Shown here: in pieces, positions 1-6,502 of the stretch
Numbering within the stretch: the stretch's first letter is position 1
Layout of the letters: each line of letters starts with the position of its first letter
From: Candidatus Obscuribacteraceae bacterium
GTDB taxonomy: Bacteria > Cyanobacteriota > Vampirovibrionia > Obscuribacterales > Obscuribacteraceae
Direction of reading: 5' to 3'
DNA length: 64,000 nucleotides
NCBI GenBank assembly: GCA_044226015.1
Contig: JBGAHS010000007.1
Span: 352,001-416,000 of the forward strand
The notes under the pieces: model-generated
The model's input: the letters and a program-made list of their open reading frames with translations, nothing else
Told to the model about the DNA's origin: nothing
The model's database searches: none
Position numbers and translations under genes: made by a program

Positions 1-490
1 GTCCGAACTTCTTTTCTTTCATAGTCGGAAGAACCGCAAAGATGGTATAGAGGGAAGCGAAAAAATGATTGTCCATTGAATTGCGAAAGTCTGAAATTGA
101 CATTGTGTCAAATGGTCCGACTTCTATCACGCCTGCATTGTTTATCAAAACATCTATGGTTCCAAATCGTTCAAGAACCTTTGCGATTGCGTCGTTGACT
201 TGTTCTTCCGAACGCACATCGCAGACAAAATAATCTATTTCAGTTTTCTTGCCTAACTCTTCTGCGGCGGTTTTCATTTCTTCTCGATCTCGAGCCAACA
301 ATGCAAGTTTTGCGCCTCTTGATGCGAGTTGTCGAGCCATCACCAGCCCCAGCCCTCGGGAACCTCCGGTTATTACCACGACCTTGTCCTTAAAGCTCAT
401 GGTGCGTGCGAATTTCAGTACCGACGAAAGTGCTGTTGAACCGCTCAGTAGTAGCCCCGACACATTAAAGAGGTTGCGGACAATTTTCAT
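1..490 (-). CDS. Short-chain dehydrogenase/reductase (SDR), 3' end runs off the window
   Basis: Read manually on minus strand: ATG at 490 with AGGAGAG SD; MKIVRNLF...KVVVITGGSRGLG (TGxxxGxG Rossmann)...DVLINNAGV. Absent from the ORF track because it is truncated. Confidence 0.9.
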   Translation of the reverse strand, partial: MKIVRNLFNVSGLLLSGSTALSSVLKFARTMSFKDKVVVITGGSRGLGLVMARQLASRGAKLALLARDREEMKTAAEELGKKTEIDYFVCDVRSEEQVNDAIAKVLERFGTIDVLINNAGVIEVGPFDTMSISDFRNSMDNHFFASLYTIFAVLPTMKEKKFG

Positions 491-695
491 AAGCTCTCCT
501 TGCCATTTAATTCTTCATTTGCTGTCATGATCCTAATGCGACGCTGATTCCTGTTCTACACTGCATAGTCTCGCTGTGACAAACCTTTATTCTTATCACT
601 TGATGGGCAGCAACAGTATCTTCTTATAACGTAATGAAACATGGTTCTACAAACGAAGACTCAGCAGAGTTTTCATTTAGTGTTATTATTAGATT

Positions 696-739
696 GTTCG
701 GGACGACCCGAACCTGGGAAACTTATCGGGACGACCCGA
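696..739 (+). promoter_or_regulatory. Guanidine-II (mini-ykkC) riboswitch
   Basis: Two GC-rich hairpins with ACGA tetraloops: GTTCGGG-ACGA-CCCGAAC (696-713) and TCGGG-ACGA-CCCGA (726-739), 12-nt linker, directly upstream of an SMR/Gdx gene. Confidence 0.93.
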
Positions 740-752
740 CTGGATGGGTCAA

Positions 753-1070
753 ATGTCCTGGTTAATGCTTTTATTTGCTGGCGTGTTCGAAGTCGCCTGG
801 GCAGTGGGATTGAAACAGTTACAATCCTCTAACAGTTTGCTGATTTTTTTCTTCACGGCGGTTTCGTTTATTGCCAGTTTCATATTGTTGTCTTTTGCGC
901 TGAAATCTCTTCCACTAGGTACAGCTTATGCGATTTGGACAGGAATTGGTGCGTTGGGCACATTCATTCTAGGCATCGTGCTGTTCCAAGAATCGATCAG
1001 CCCAATCAGGCTGGCGTGCGCTGGAATGCTGATTATTGGACTGTTGGGTCTGAAGTTCTTTTCGAGCTAG
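753..1070 (+). CDS. gdx: SMR-family guanidinium exporter (Gdx/SugE)
   Basis: MSWLMLLFAGVFEVAWAVGLK (conserved Glu13), LPLGTAYAIWTGIGA motif, four TM helices; start moved from 744 to ATG 753; riboswitch upstream. Confidence 0.92.
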   Translation: MSWLMLLFAGVFEVAWAVGLKQLQSSNSLLIFFFTAVSFIASFILLSFALKSLPLGTAYAIWTGIGALGTFILGIVLFQESISPIRLACAGMLIIGLLGLKFFSS

Positions 1071-1093
1071 TTTCGAGCTAATTTTCAGCTAAC

Positions 1094-1570
1094 TTACTTT
1101 GTCCAGAACTCATGATGGATTTTCAACAGAGTATTTTTCAGTGACGGTACTGGTCCGATCACAGAAATCGCCTTTTGCCCGCTACTGAACACTGTTCTGC
1201 AATCGAGGTTTAGGGTCGGATTCTCTGTATGATTTCCAGTGATCGAAAGCAATTCAGTTTCGCTTATTCCGAAAATAACTGAGCCTATGTTTGCCCAATA
1301 AATTGCTCCAGCGCACATGCAACATGGTTCGACTGTGGTGTAAAGTTTGCAGGTCCAGAGATAATCAGGGCTGAACTTCGCAAATGCCCTTTGCGCTAGA
1401 GTAGATTCAGCATGTTCTAGCACGCTTATGTTTCCTTGTTCGAGCAGTATAGTTGTATCGTCTGGTGCTACAAGAATTGCACCAAAAGGATGCTTCCCGA
1501 GGCTTTGCGATTTTAATGCTGTTTCGTGAGCCCGAAGAAGGTTGTGTTCTAGTGTTGAGTGGGTGCTCAT
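1094..1570 (-). CDS. Zn-dependent nucleoside/guanine deaminase family protein (CDA fold)
   Basis: PFGAILV, HAE and [12 protein letters not shown] motifs. Confidence 0.88.
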   Translation of the reverse strand: MSTHSTLEHNLLRAHETALKSQSLGKHPFGAILVAPDDTTILLEQGNISVLEHAESTLAQRAFAKFSPDYLWTCKLYTTVEPCCMCAGAIYWANIGSVIFGISETELLSITGNHTENPTLNLDCRTVFSSGQKAISVIGPVPSLKNTLLKIHHEFWTK

Positions 1571-1752
1571 TCTTTCGGACCAGCGTCAAAGTAAGATATA
1601 GTGCCCTCTTCATCCGTTTCATAGCTTATCTGAATCGGTCGACAGCAGACTTCACAGTCCTCGACATAAGTCTGTCCACCAGCACTCAAATCAAGAAGCA
1701 TTGAGATTTCCTCCCAGCAATAAGGGCAAGTGAAACTGTGTTCTTCAAGCAT
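1567..1752 (-). CDS. CPXCG motif-containing small cysteine-rich protein
   Basis: CPYCWE...[12 protein letters not shown]; overlaps the deaminase start by 4 nt (translational coupling). Confidence 0.85.
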   Translation of the reverse strand: MLEEHSFTCPYCWEEISMLLDLSAGGQTYVEDCEVCCRPIQISYETDEEGTISYFDAGPKE

Positions 1753-1876
1753 TGAGTCAAATTGCCTTTAAGAAATCGAGTATATTATAAAGCTTTCGTG
1801 TGGTTTGCTGGCATGCATTCACAGTGATGAGCACTTAATTTGCTAAAATCATTTCTCCCGATGAAAGTGCGAGATT

Positions 1877-2368
1877 ATGACAAGCAAAGAAAAAAATGCG
1901 GCGGGTTACTGGCTCTTAAAATCTGAGCCGGAATCATTTTCGATTCAAGATTTAGAGAAAGCTCCCAAGAAAACTACTTGTTGGGATGGGGTTCGCAACT
2001 ACCAGGCGCGGAACACGCTTCGTGACAGCATGAAGAAAGGTGATCTTGCTTTTTATTATCATAGCAATTCCGATCCTTCAGCTATTGTGGGCGTTGTTGA
2101 AATTGTTAAAGAAGGCTATCCAGATCACACAGCGTTCGATCCAGATGATCATCATTATGATCCTAAGAGTGATAAAAAAAATCCGACATGGTATATGGTT
2201 GATGTTAAACACGTGGAGACGTTCAAGAAACCTTTAGGACTGGACTTCTTGAAAGGTCTACCAGCTCTAAAAAACATGGTGCTCTTGCAAAAAGGTAGTC
2301 GGCTCTCAGTTCAACCTGTTGCAAAATCTGAGTGGGATGCGATTATTAAACTTGCGGCTAAGTCCTAA
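1877..2368 (+). CDS. EVE domain protein
   Basis: YWLLKSEP, WDGVRNYQARN, FYYHSN and RLSVQPV motifs. Confidence 0.93.
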   Translation: MTSKEKNAAGYWLLKSEPESFSIQDLEKAPKKTTCWDGVRNYQARNTLRDSMKKGDLAFYYHSNSDPSAIVGVVEIVKEGYPDHTAFDPDDHHYDPKSDKKNPTWYMVDVKHVETFKKPLGLDFLKGLPALKNMVLLQKGSRLSVQPVAKSEWDAIIKLAAKS

Positions 2369-2448
2369 TGTTGTGGTGCCGCATATGGTGGCGCTTCTGA
2401 ATACAAATTGCAAGCCAAAATTGTGAATCTAAGAATTGACCAGTGTTT

Positions 2449-3057
2449 GTGAAATCGAAGGGAAATTTTGACATGCCCGGACGTGAAGTCAGAAAATGCC
2501 AGGGGAAAGTTTGACATGCGCTGGCGCTGAAGTCAGAAAATGCCCGGGGAAAGTTTGACATGCCCAGGCGTGAAGTCAGAAAATGCCCGGGGAAAGTTTG
2601 ACGCACTCGGGAGTGAAGTCAGAAAATGTCCGGGGAAAGTTTGACATGCCGGCAGTGAAGTCAGAAAATGCCCGGGGAAAGTTTGACATGCGCTGGTGTT
2701 GAAGTCAGAAAATGCCCGGGGAAAGTTTGACATGCCCGGGAGTGAAGTCAGAAAATGCCCGGGGAAAGTTTGACGCACCCGGGAGTGAAGTCAGAAAATG
2801 CCCGGGGAAAGTTTGACATGCTCGGCAGTGAAGTCAGAAAATGCCCGGGGAAAGTTTGACATGCCCGGCAGTGAAGTCAGAAAATGCCCGGGGAAAGTTT
2901 GACATGCCCGGCAGTGAAGTCAGAAAATGCCCGGGGGAAGTTTGACATGCTCGGCAGTGAATTCAGAAAATGTCCGGGGAAAGTTTGACACGCCCGGGCG
3001 CTGAAGTCAGAAAATGCCCGGGGAAAGTTTGACACACTCGGCAGTGAAGTAAGAAAA
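2449..3057. repeat. Non-coding tandem array of a 42-44 bp unit (13 full units plus partial units at both ends)
   Basis: Core TGAAGTCAGAAAATGCCCGGGGAAAGTTTGAC plus 10-12 variable nt (ATGCCCGGCAG-like); unit starts (GAAGTC, GAATTC at 2959) at 2485, 2529, 2572, 2615, 2657, 2701, 2744, 2787, 2830, 2873, 2916, 2959, 3003, partial at 3046. Confidence 0.97.
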
Positions 3058-3211
3058 AACTTGCGAAAAACTTCGCGAAGATAAACCACAGAAATATCTG
3101 ATACTGAATGCAGTGTCATTAAATCTGGTTTTTTTTTGTAATAACTTCCACTGAGTTCACAAATCTGTGCATAATAGACTCAGTAACTTTCAGTCTTTGT
3201 GGGTGTGCAAG

Positions 3212-3853
3212 ATGCAATCCGTTGCAGAGAGTTTGAGAGCGTATTTTAGCGGTCTTCCAGAAGGCAGCTTGGTTTGTGCTTACCATTTGAGAGAAAAGGG
3301 TTCTCATCAAGCCGTATACAAATTCCTTTCACGCGAAGTAAAGGCGCATAGAATCATTCGTGTGTCATACGGCGTGTATCAGGTCAATATAGCTTCCGCG
3401 CAACCCGCCGTAAGTATTTCTGATGTGATGGAATCAAAGTCCAAAGCTTTTGGTAAAGAGGTCACATATGCAGCAACAAATTCGACACGATTTCAAACTA
3501 CTGGTTGTAAGAGCCAACTCCGAATCTTTGATCGACTTGTGAAATGGGTTCCTGTTTCTCTAAAACGATTCACCAGGCTGAATACTCAAAGAAAAGTAAA
3601 ATCCGCAGATGAAACCATTGATGATTCCAGTTTTTCTTCACTAACGATTAGCATTTTTCCAACAGTCAATGACATGGAATGCCGTACAAATGAACCTCCG
3701 AGAGTTGAGTTTGATTATGGTGCTGTATATGGTGGCTCATCTCGCGCAGAAGATCTCCTGAAAGCTCTTTTAGTATTCGCCAAGACATTTCTCTCTGGAT
3801 ACCCTGTGAAACCCCACCGGTTTCACGCAAGTAATGTGTTTTCCAGTGCCTAA
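3212..3853 (+). CDS. DUF6088 / AbiEi-antitoxin-like winged-helix protein
   Basis: MQSVAESLRAYFSGLPEG...GSHQAVYKFLSREVKAHRIIRVSYGVY resembles the DUF6088/AbiEi wHTH N-terminus; ATG 3212 preferred over GTG 3167. Confidence 0.65.
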   Translation: MQSVAESLRAYFSGLPEGSLVCAYHLREKGSHQAVYKFLSREVKAHRIIRVSYGVYQVNIASAQPAVSISDVMESKSKAFGKEVTYAATNSTRFQTTGCKSQLRIFDRLVKWVPVSLKRFTRLNTQRKVKSADETIDDSSFSSLTISIFPTVNDMECRTNEPPRVEFDYGAVYGGSSRAEDLLKALLVFAKTFLSGYPVKPHRFHASNVFSSA

Positions 3854-3980
3854 AAAGCTCGGAGATGTCTCGCATGCTGCTAGCTGCTCTGCTTGCGGAT
3901 CTTGAGCATTGAGTCCGCAGGATTGCAGGATTTGCGGCGTCGGTTAGTGATGGAATTTTGTGCCGAAGGGGCAGGTGCAC

Positions 3981-4140
3981 TGGGTGCTACGATGTGGACT
4001 TGGGTGCTGCGGTGTGGGGCTGGGTGCTGCGGTGTGGCGCTGGGTGTTGCGGTGTGGCGTTGGGTGCTGCGGTGTGGGGCTGGGGGTTGCGGTGTGGCGC
4101 TGGGTGCTACGTTGTGGCGCCGGGTGCTGCTGTGCGGGTG
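3981..4140. repeat. 20-bp G-rich tandem repeat, about 8 degenerate units
   Basis: Consensus TGGGTGCTGCGGTGTGGCGC with an exact 20-nt period. Confidence 0.9.
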
Positions 4141-4296
4141 GCAGTGGGTCATGCAGCTTGCCCATAGTGCCGGGACGTTGGTCGTATAGTCTTTGCTCCG
4201 TAGTCCTTTCCTTGCAAGAGGTACGGGGATGCCCAGGGGCTAGTGGTGATACCATATGCGGTGGAAAAATATTTCGTAAAAAATGACTTTTTGCAC

Positions 4297-4326
4297 TTGA
4301 CCAATTCGTAGTTAATGAGTTAGTTT
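4297..4326 (+). promoter_or_regulatory. Possible sigma70-type promoter of the tRNA array
   Basis: TTGACC (4297-4302), 18 nt, TAGTTT (4321-4326), ending 6 nt before the first tRNA. Confidence 0.35.
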
Positions 4327-4332
4327 GTAAAA

Positions 4333-4407
4333 AGCAGAGTTGTGTAGTGGACAACACATCGCGCTCATAACGCGAAGATTTGGGTTCGATTCCCTTCTCT
4401 GCCACCA
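4333..4407 (+). tRNA. tRNA-Met(CAT), initiator-like (A1:C72 mismatch)
   Basis: Acceptor AGCAGAG/CTCTGCC-A-CCA; anticodon arm TCGCG-CT CAT AA-CGCGA; T-loop TTCGATT. Confidence 0.88.
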
Positions 4408-4411
4408 AGAT

Positions 4412-4485
4412 GCGGATTTGGCACATTGGCTGTGCTCCAGTTTTCCAAGCTGGCAAAAAGAGTTCGATTCTCTTATTCCGCTCCA
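4412..4485 (+). tRNA. tRNA-Gly(TCC)
   Basis: GCGGATT/ATTCCGC-T-CCA; CCAGT-TT TCC AA-GCTGG; U73. Confidence 0.88.
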
Positions 4486-4506
4486 TTGTTCAGACTATTT
4501 TTCAGG

Positions 4507-4639
4507 AATGACGACCGTGTTTTTCACATCACAGAGCCAAATCTCAGCTCCATGCCCCACAAATAGAGGGCAGCTGAGTTTTAACGCGCCGACGCGCCAG
4601 TCTGTAATGCGACACACAGAGGATCACGGTTATGTCATT
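4507..4639 (+). ncRNA. Putative structured ncRNA 1 inside the tRNA array
   Basis: Closing helix AATGAC-GACCGTG/CACGGTT-AT-GTCATT; internal hairpins CTCAGC..TGCCC/GGGCA-GCTGAG and TCTGT/ACAGA. Confidence 0.5.
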
Positions 4640-4705
4640 AGATTTAAGAGACACAAAAAAGACAATAAAGGCGGCATCCGAGCGTAACTTTTCCGCCTTT
4701 TCTAA

Positions 4706-4780
4706 GGGGATGAATGTTACCAAGGTCGGCGACGAAGTTTTGCAAACTTCGTGGGGTGAGTTCGATTCTCACCGTCTCCA
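4706..4780 (+). tRNA. tRNA-Ala(TGC), atypical D-arm, CCA not encoded
   Basis: GGGGATG/CGTCTCC-A with G3:U70; GAAGT-TT TGC AA-ACTTC. Confidence 0.82.
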
Positions 4781-4787
4781 AACTATT

Positions 4788-4860
4788 GCCTTCGTGCCTC
4801 AATTGGTACAGGAAGAACCTTGTAAGTTCTCAGTTGTCAGTTCGACTCTGACCGAAGGCT
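4788..4860 (+). tRNA. tRNA-Thr(TGT)
   Basis: GCCTTCG/CGAAGGC-T; AGAAC-CT TGT AA-GTTCT. Confidence 0.88.
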
Positions 4861-4862
4861 GT

Positions 4863-4935
4863 GACTCCATAACTCAGTCGGTAGAGTACGCGCCTTTTAA
4901 GCGTCGATGCGTTGGTTCGAGTCCAACTGGGGTCA
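4863..4935 (+). tRNA. tRNA-Lys(TTT)
   Basis: GACTCCA/TGGGGTC-A; GCGC-CT TTT AA-GCGT. Confidence 0.9.
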
Positions 4936-4940
4936 TTGAA

Positions 4941-5016
4941 CGGCTTATAGTTCAGTGGATAGAGCATCTCGCTTCTACCGAGAAAGTCCTTGGTTCGAAT
5001 CCAAGTAAGCCGGCCA
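4941..5016 (+). tRNA. tRNA-Arg(TCT)
   Basis: CGGCTTA/TAAGCCG-G-CCA; TCTCG-CT TCT AC-CGAGA. Confidence 0.92.
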
Positions 5017-5018
5017 AC

Positions 5019-5095
5019 CCCTCATTAGCTCAGGGGACAGAGCACGGTTCTACGAAAGCCGGTTGTCGCAGGTTCGATTCCTGCATGAGGGTCCA
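5019..5095 (+). tRNA. tRNA-Arg(ACG)
   Basis: CCCTCAT/ATGAGGG-T-CCA; CGGTT-CT ACG AA-AGCCG. Confidence 0.9.
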
Positions 5096-5096
5096 T

Positions 5097-5169
5097 CTTC
5101 CGTTGGCGCAATCGGTAGCGCAAGTTCCTTACAAGAACGAGGTTGAACGTTCAAGTCGTTCACGGAAGA
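5097..5169 (+). tRNA. tRNA-Val(TAC)
   Basis: CTTCCGT/ACGGAAG-A; GTTC-CT TAC AA-GAAC. Confidence 0.9.
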
Positions 5170-5174
5170 TTGAT

Positions 5175-5250
5175 TGCATCGTAGCTCAACAGGTGGAGCT
5201 GTCCGCTGTTACCGGAAAGGTTATAGGTTCAAATCCTATCGATGCAGCCA
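5175..5250 (+). tRNA. tRNA-Asn(GTT)
   Basis: TGCATCG/CGATGCA-G-CCA; TCCG-CT GTT AC-CGGA. Confidence 0.9.
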
Positions 5251-5251
5251 C

Positions 5252-5336
5252 GGACGTTAGGCGAATTGGAAAGCGGTCTGTCTTGAAAACAGATGCCCGA
5301 AAGGGTTGCGGGTTCGAGTCCTTGCAACGTCCGCCA
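5252..5336 (+). tRNA. tRNA-Ser(TGA)
   Basis: GGACGTT/AACGTCC-G-CCA; TCTGT-CT TGA AA-ACAGA; long variable arm GCCC-GAAA-GGGT. Confidence 0.9.
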
Positions 5337-5384
5337 ATTAAAAAATCCGAAATCAAACAAAGACAAAACAAAACGCACTAGTTT

Positions 5385-5665
5385 TTGAATGTTTGAAGCA
5401 ATTCTGAATTCACTGCTCGGATTCAATCTGAATTGCGGGAAGGCAATGTGCTACTTGCCTCTAAAAATCGTAGCGCAGTTGAAGGAGCGATGCCATGCGT
5501 CGCTCTTCTGAGAAAAATGAAGCACCAGATGAGGTATCACCATGAAGTACTTTGATTCATTCAATTTGAATACACCGGGAGGCTTTAAGTCCTTTTATAC
5601 CGACGTTGTTCTCGTTGGACACTTGCAGCGAATTTAGAGGAAAATAGAATGATTTATCGCATTCA
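5385..5665 (+). ncRNA. Putative structured ncRNA 2 inside the tRNA array (multi-hairpin, with pseudoknot)
   Basis: Closing TTGAATG(5385)/CATTCAA(5558); hairpins at 5398-5436, 5441-5460, 5481-5508, 5600-5618 and 5647-5664; loop TGTGCTAC (5447-5454) complementary to GTAGCGCA (5470-5477). Confidence 0.55.
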
Positions 5666-5679
5666 GCAAACAAAATATC

Positions 5680-5751
5680 GCACGAATAGCACAACGGTTG
5701 TGCAGGCGCTCGATAAGCGCTTGGCTCCAGGTTCGAATCCTGGTTCGTGCA
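5680..5751 (+). tRNA. tRNA-Ile(GAT), C33 instead of U33
   Basis: GCACGAA/TTCGTGC-A; GGCGC-TC GAT AA-GCGCT. Confidence 0.88.
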
Positions 5752-5754
5752 TGT

Positions 5755-5826
5755 TGGCCAGTCGTCTAAACGGTAGGACAACAGACTTTGAATCTGTGAA
5801 TCTTGGTTCGAACCCAAGCAGGCCAG
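5755..5826 (+). tRNA. tRNA-Gln(TTG)
   Basis: TGGCCAG/CAGGCCA-G; ACAGA-CT TTG AA-TCTGT. Confidence 0.9.
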
Positions 5827-5830
5827 TAAC

Positions 5831-5904
5831 GTGTATGTCGTCTAGTGGATAGGATTTTCGGTTGTGACTCGAATGAACGGGTTCGAATCCCGTCATACAC
5901 TCCA
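5831..5904 (+). tRNA. tRNA-His(GTG), no encoded G-1, U73
   Basis: GTGTATG/CATACAC-T-CCA; TTCGG-TT GTG AC-TCGAA. Confidence 0.88.
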
Positions 5905-5936
5905 AGCAAAGAGCAAGTGAGAGCAGAATGATTTTT

Positions 5937-6008
5937 CTCGGTGTAGTTCAACAGCAGAATGCCCGTTTTGGAAACGGGAGGTACCAGGGGCAGCACCTGG
6001 CGCTGAGA
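5937..6008 (+). tRNA. tRNA-Pro(TGG) copy 1, GGCAGCA T-loop, A37
   Basis: CTCGGTG/CGCTGAG-A; CCCGT-TT TGG AA-ACGGG; T-arm CCAGG-GGCAGCA-CCTGG. Confidence 0.82.
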
Positions 6009-6014
6009 TTGTTT

Positions 6015-6086
6015 CTCGGAGTAGTTCACCAGCAGAACGCCCGCCTTGGGAGCGGGAGGCACCAGGGGCAGCACCTGGCTCTGAGA
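6015..6086 (+). tRNA. tRNA-Pro(TGG) copy 2, GGCAGCA T-loop, G37
   Basis: CTCGGAG/CTCTGAG-A; CCCGC-CT TGG GA-GCGGG; same T-arm as copy 1. Confidence 0.82.
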
Positions 6087-6089
6087 TAT

Positions 6090-6162
6090 GCGCGATTAGC
6101 AAAGATAGCAATGCAGTGGACTGCAAATCCAAAACGCGACAGTGCAAGTCTGTCATCGCGCT
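6090..6162 (+). tRNA. tRNA-Cys(GCA)
   Basis: GCGCGAT/ATCGCGC-T (U73); TGGA-CT GCA AA-TCCA; T-loop TGCAAGT. Confidence 0.85.
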
Positions 6163-6202
6163 TAATTCATGTGATATTTGGTCAATCATGCTGAAGTAAT
6201 TT

Positions 6203-6276
6203 GCTCGTGTAGCCCAACTGGCAGAGGCGGCTGATTCAAAATCAGTTTGATGTGAGTTCAAATCTCACCACGAGTA
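6203..6276 (+). tRNA. tRNA-Leu(CAA), short variable loop
   Basis: GCTCGTG/CACGAGT-A; GCTGA-TT CAA AA-TCAGT. Confidence 0.88.
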
Positions 6277-6277
6277 T

Positions 6278-6354
6278 GCCTGGTTAGGAGAATTGGTATA
6301 TCCGACCGCCTTAGAAGCGGTAGTTTCTCGGTTCGAGTCCGAGACTAGGCACCA
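6278..6354 (+). tRNA. tRNA-Leu(TAG), short variable loop
   Basis: GCCTGGT/ACTAGGC-A-CCA; ACCGC-CT TAG AA-GCGGT. Confidence 0.88.
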
Positions 6355-6355
6355 T

Positions 6356-6429
6356 GCGCAAGTCGGTTAATGGCAAACCATTCGCCTCCAAAGCGATGAC
6401 TCCAGGTTCAAGTCCTGGTTTGCGCGCCA
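6356..6429 (+). tRNA. tRNA-Trp(CCA)
   Basis: GCGCAAG/TTTGCGC-G-CCA; TCGC-CT CCA AA-GCGA. Confidence 0.9.
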
Positions 6430-6433
6430 ATTT

Positions 6434-6501
6434 ACTTAAGTCGTCTAATGGCTCAGGATTTCCCGTTCAGAGAAAGACACAGGGCGCTACTGTTTGAAGT
6501 A
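6434..6501 (+). pseudogene. Degenerate tRNA, probably Glu(TTC)
   Basis: Weak acceptor ACTTAAG/TTGAAGT, Glu-like D-arm TCGTCTAATGGCTCAGGA, TTC in an imperfect anticodon arm, shortened T-arm ACAG-GGCGCTA-CTGT. Confidence 0.55.
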
Positions 6502-6502
6502 T

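Noticed and set aside
1094..1570. TadA serving tRNA-Arg(ACG) of the array
   Set aside because: It has HPFGA and AIYWA rather than the TadA-type EVPVGA signature, so it fits the guanine/nucleoside deaminase group better.
2449..3057. CRISPR array
   Set aside because: The variable parts are only 10-12 nt, resemble each other and the repeat itself, and no cas genes are in the window.
2358..3119. Short minus-strand ORFs over the 43-bp array
   Set aside because: The unit length is mostly not a multiple of 3 and drifts, so the translations simply cycle through frames.
3880..4486. Overlapping Cys/Gly/Trp- or Pro/His-rich ORFs
   Set aside because: Artefacts of the stop-poor 20-bp repeat; several frames on both strands are open.
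4632..5381. 249-aa ORF on the + strand
   Set aside because: It runs through eight well-formed tRNA genes and has no protein-like motif; treated as a chance open frame.
5525..5550. Hammerhead ribozyme core in insert 2
   Set aside because: CAGATGA...GAAG does not match the required CUGANGA...GAAA core.
6163..6202. Remnant tRNA-Asp(GTC) in a spacer
   Set aside because: Only 40 nt with a weak hairpin containing GTC; no acceptor stem or T-arm.
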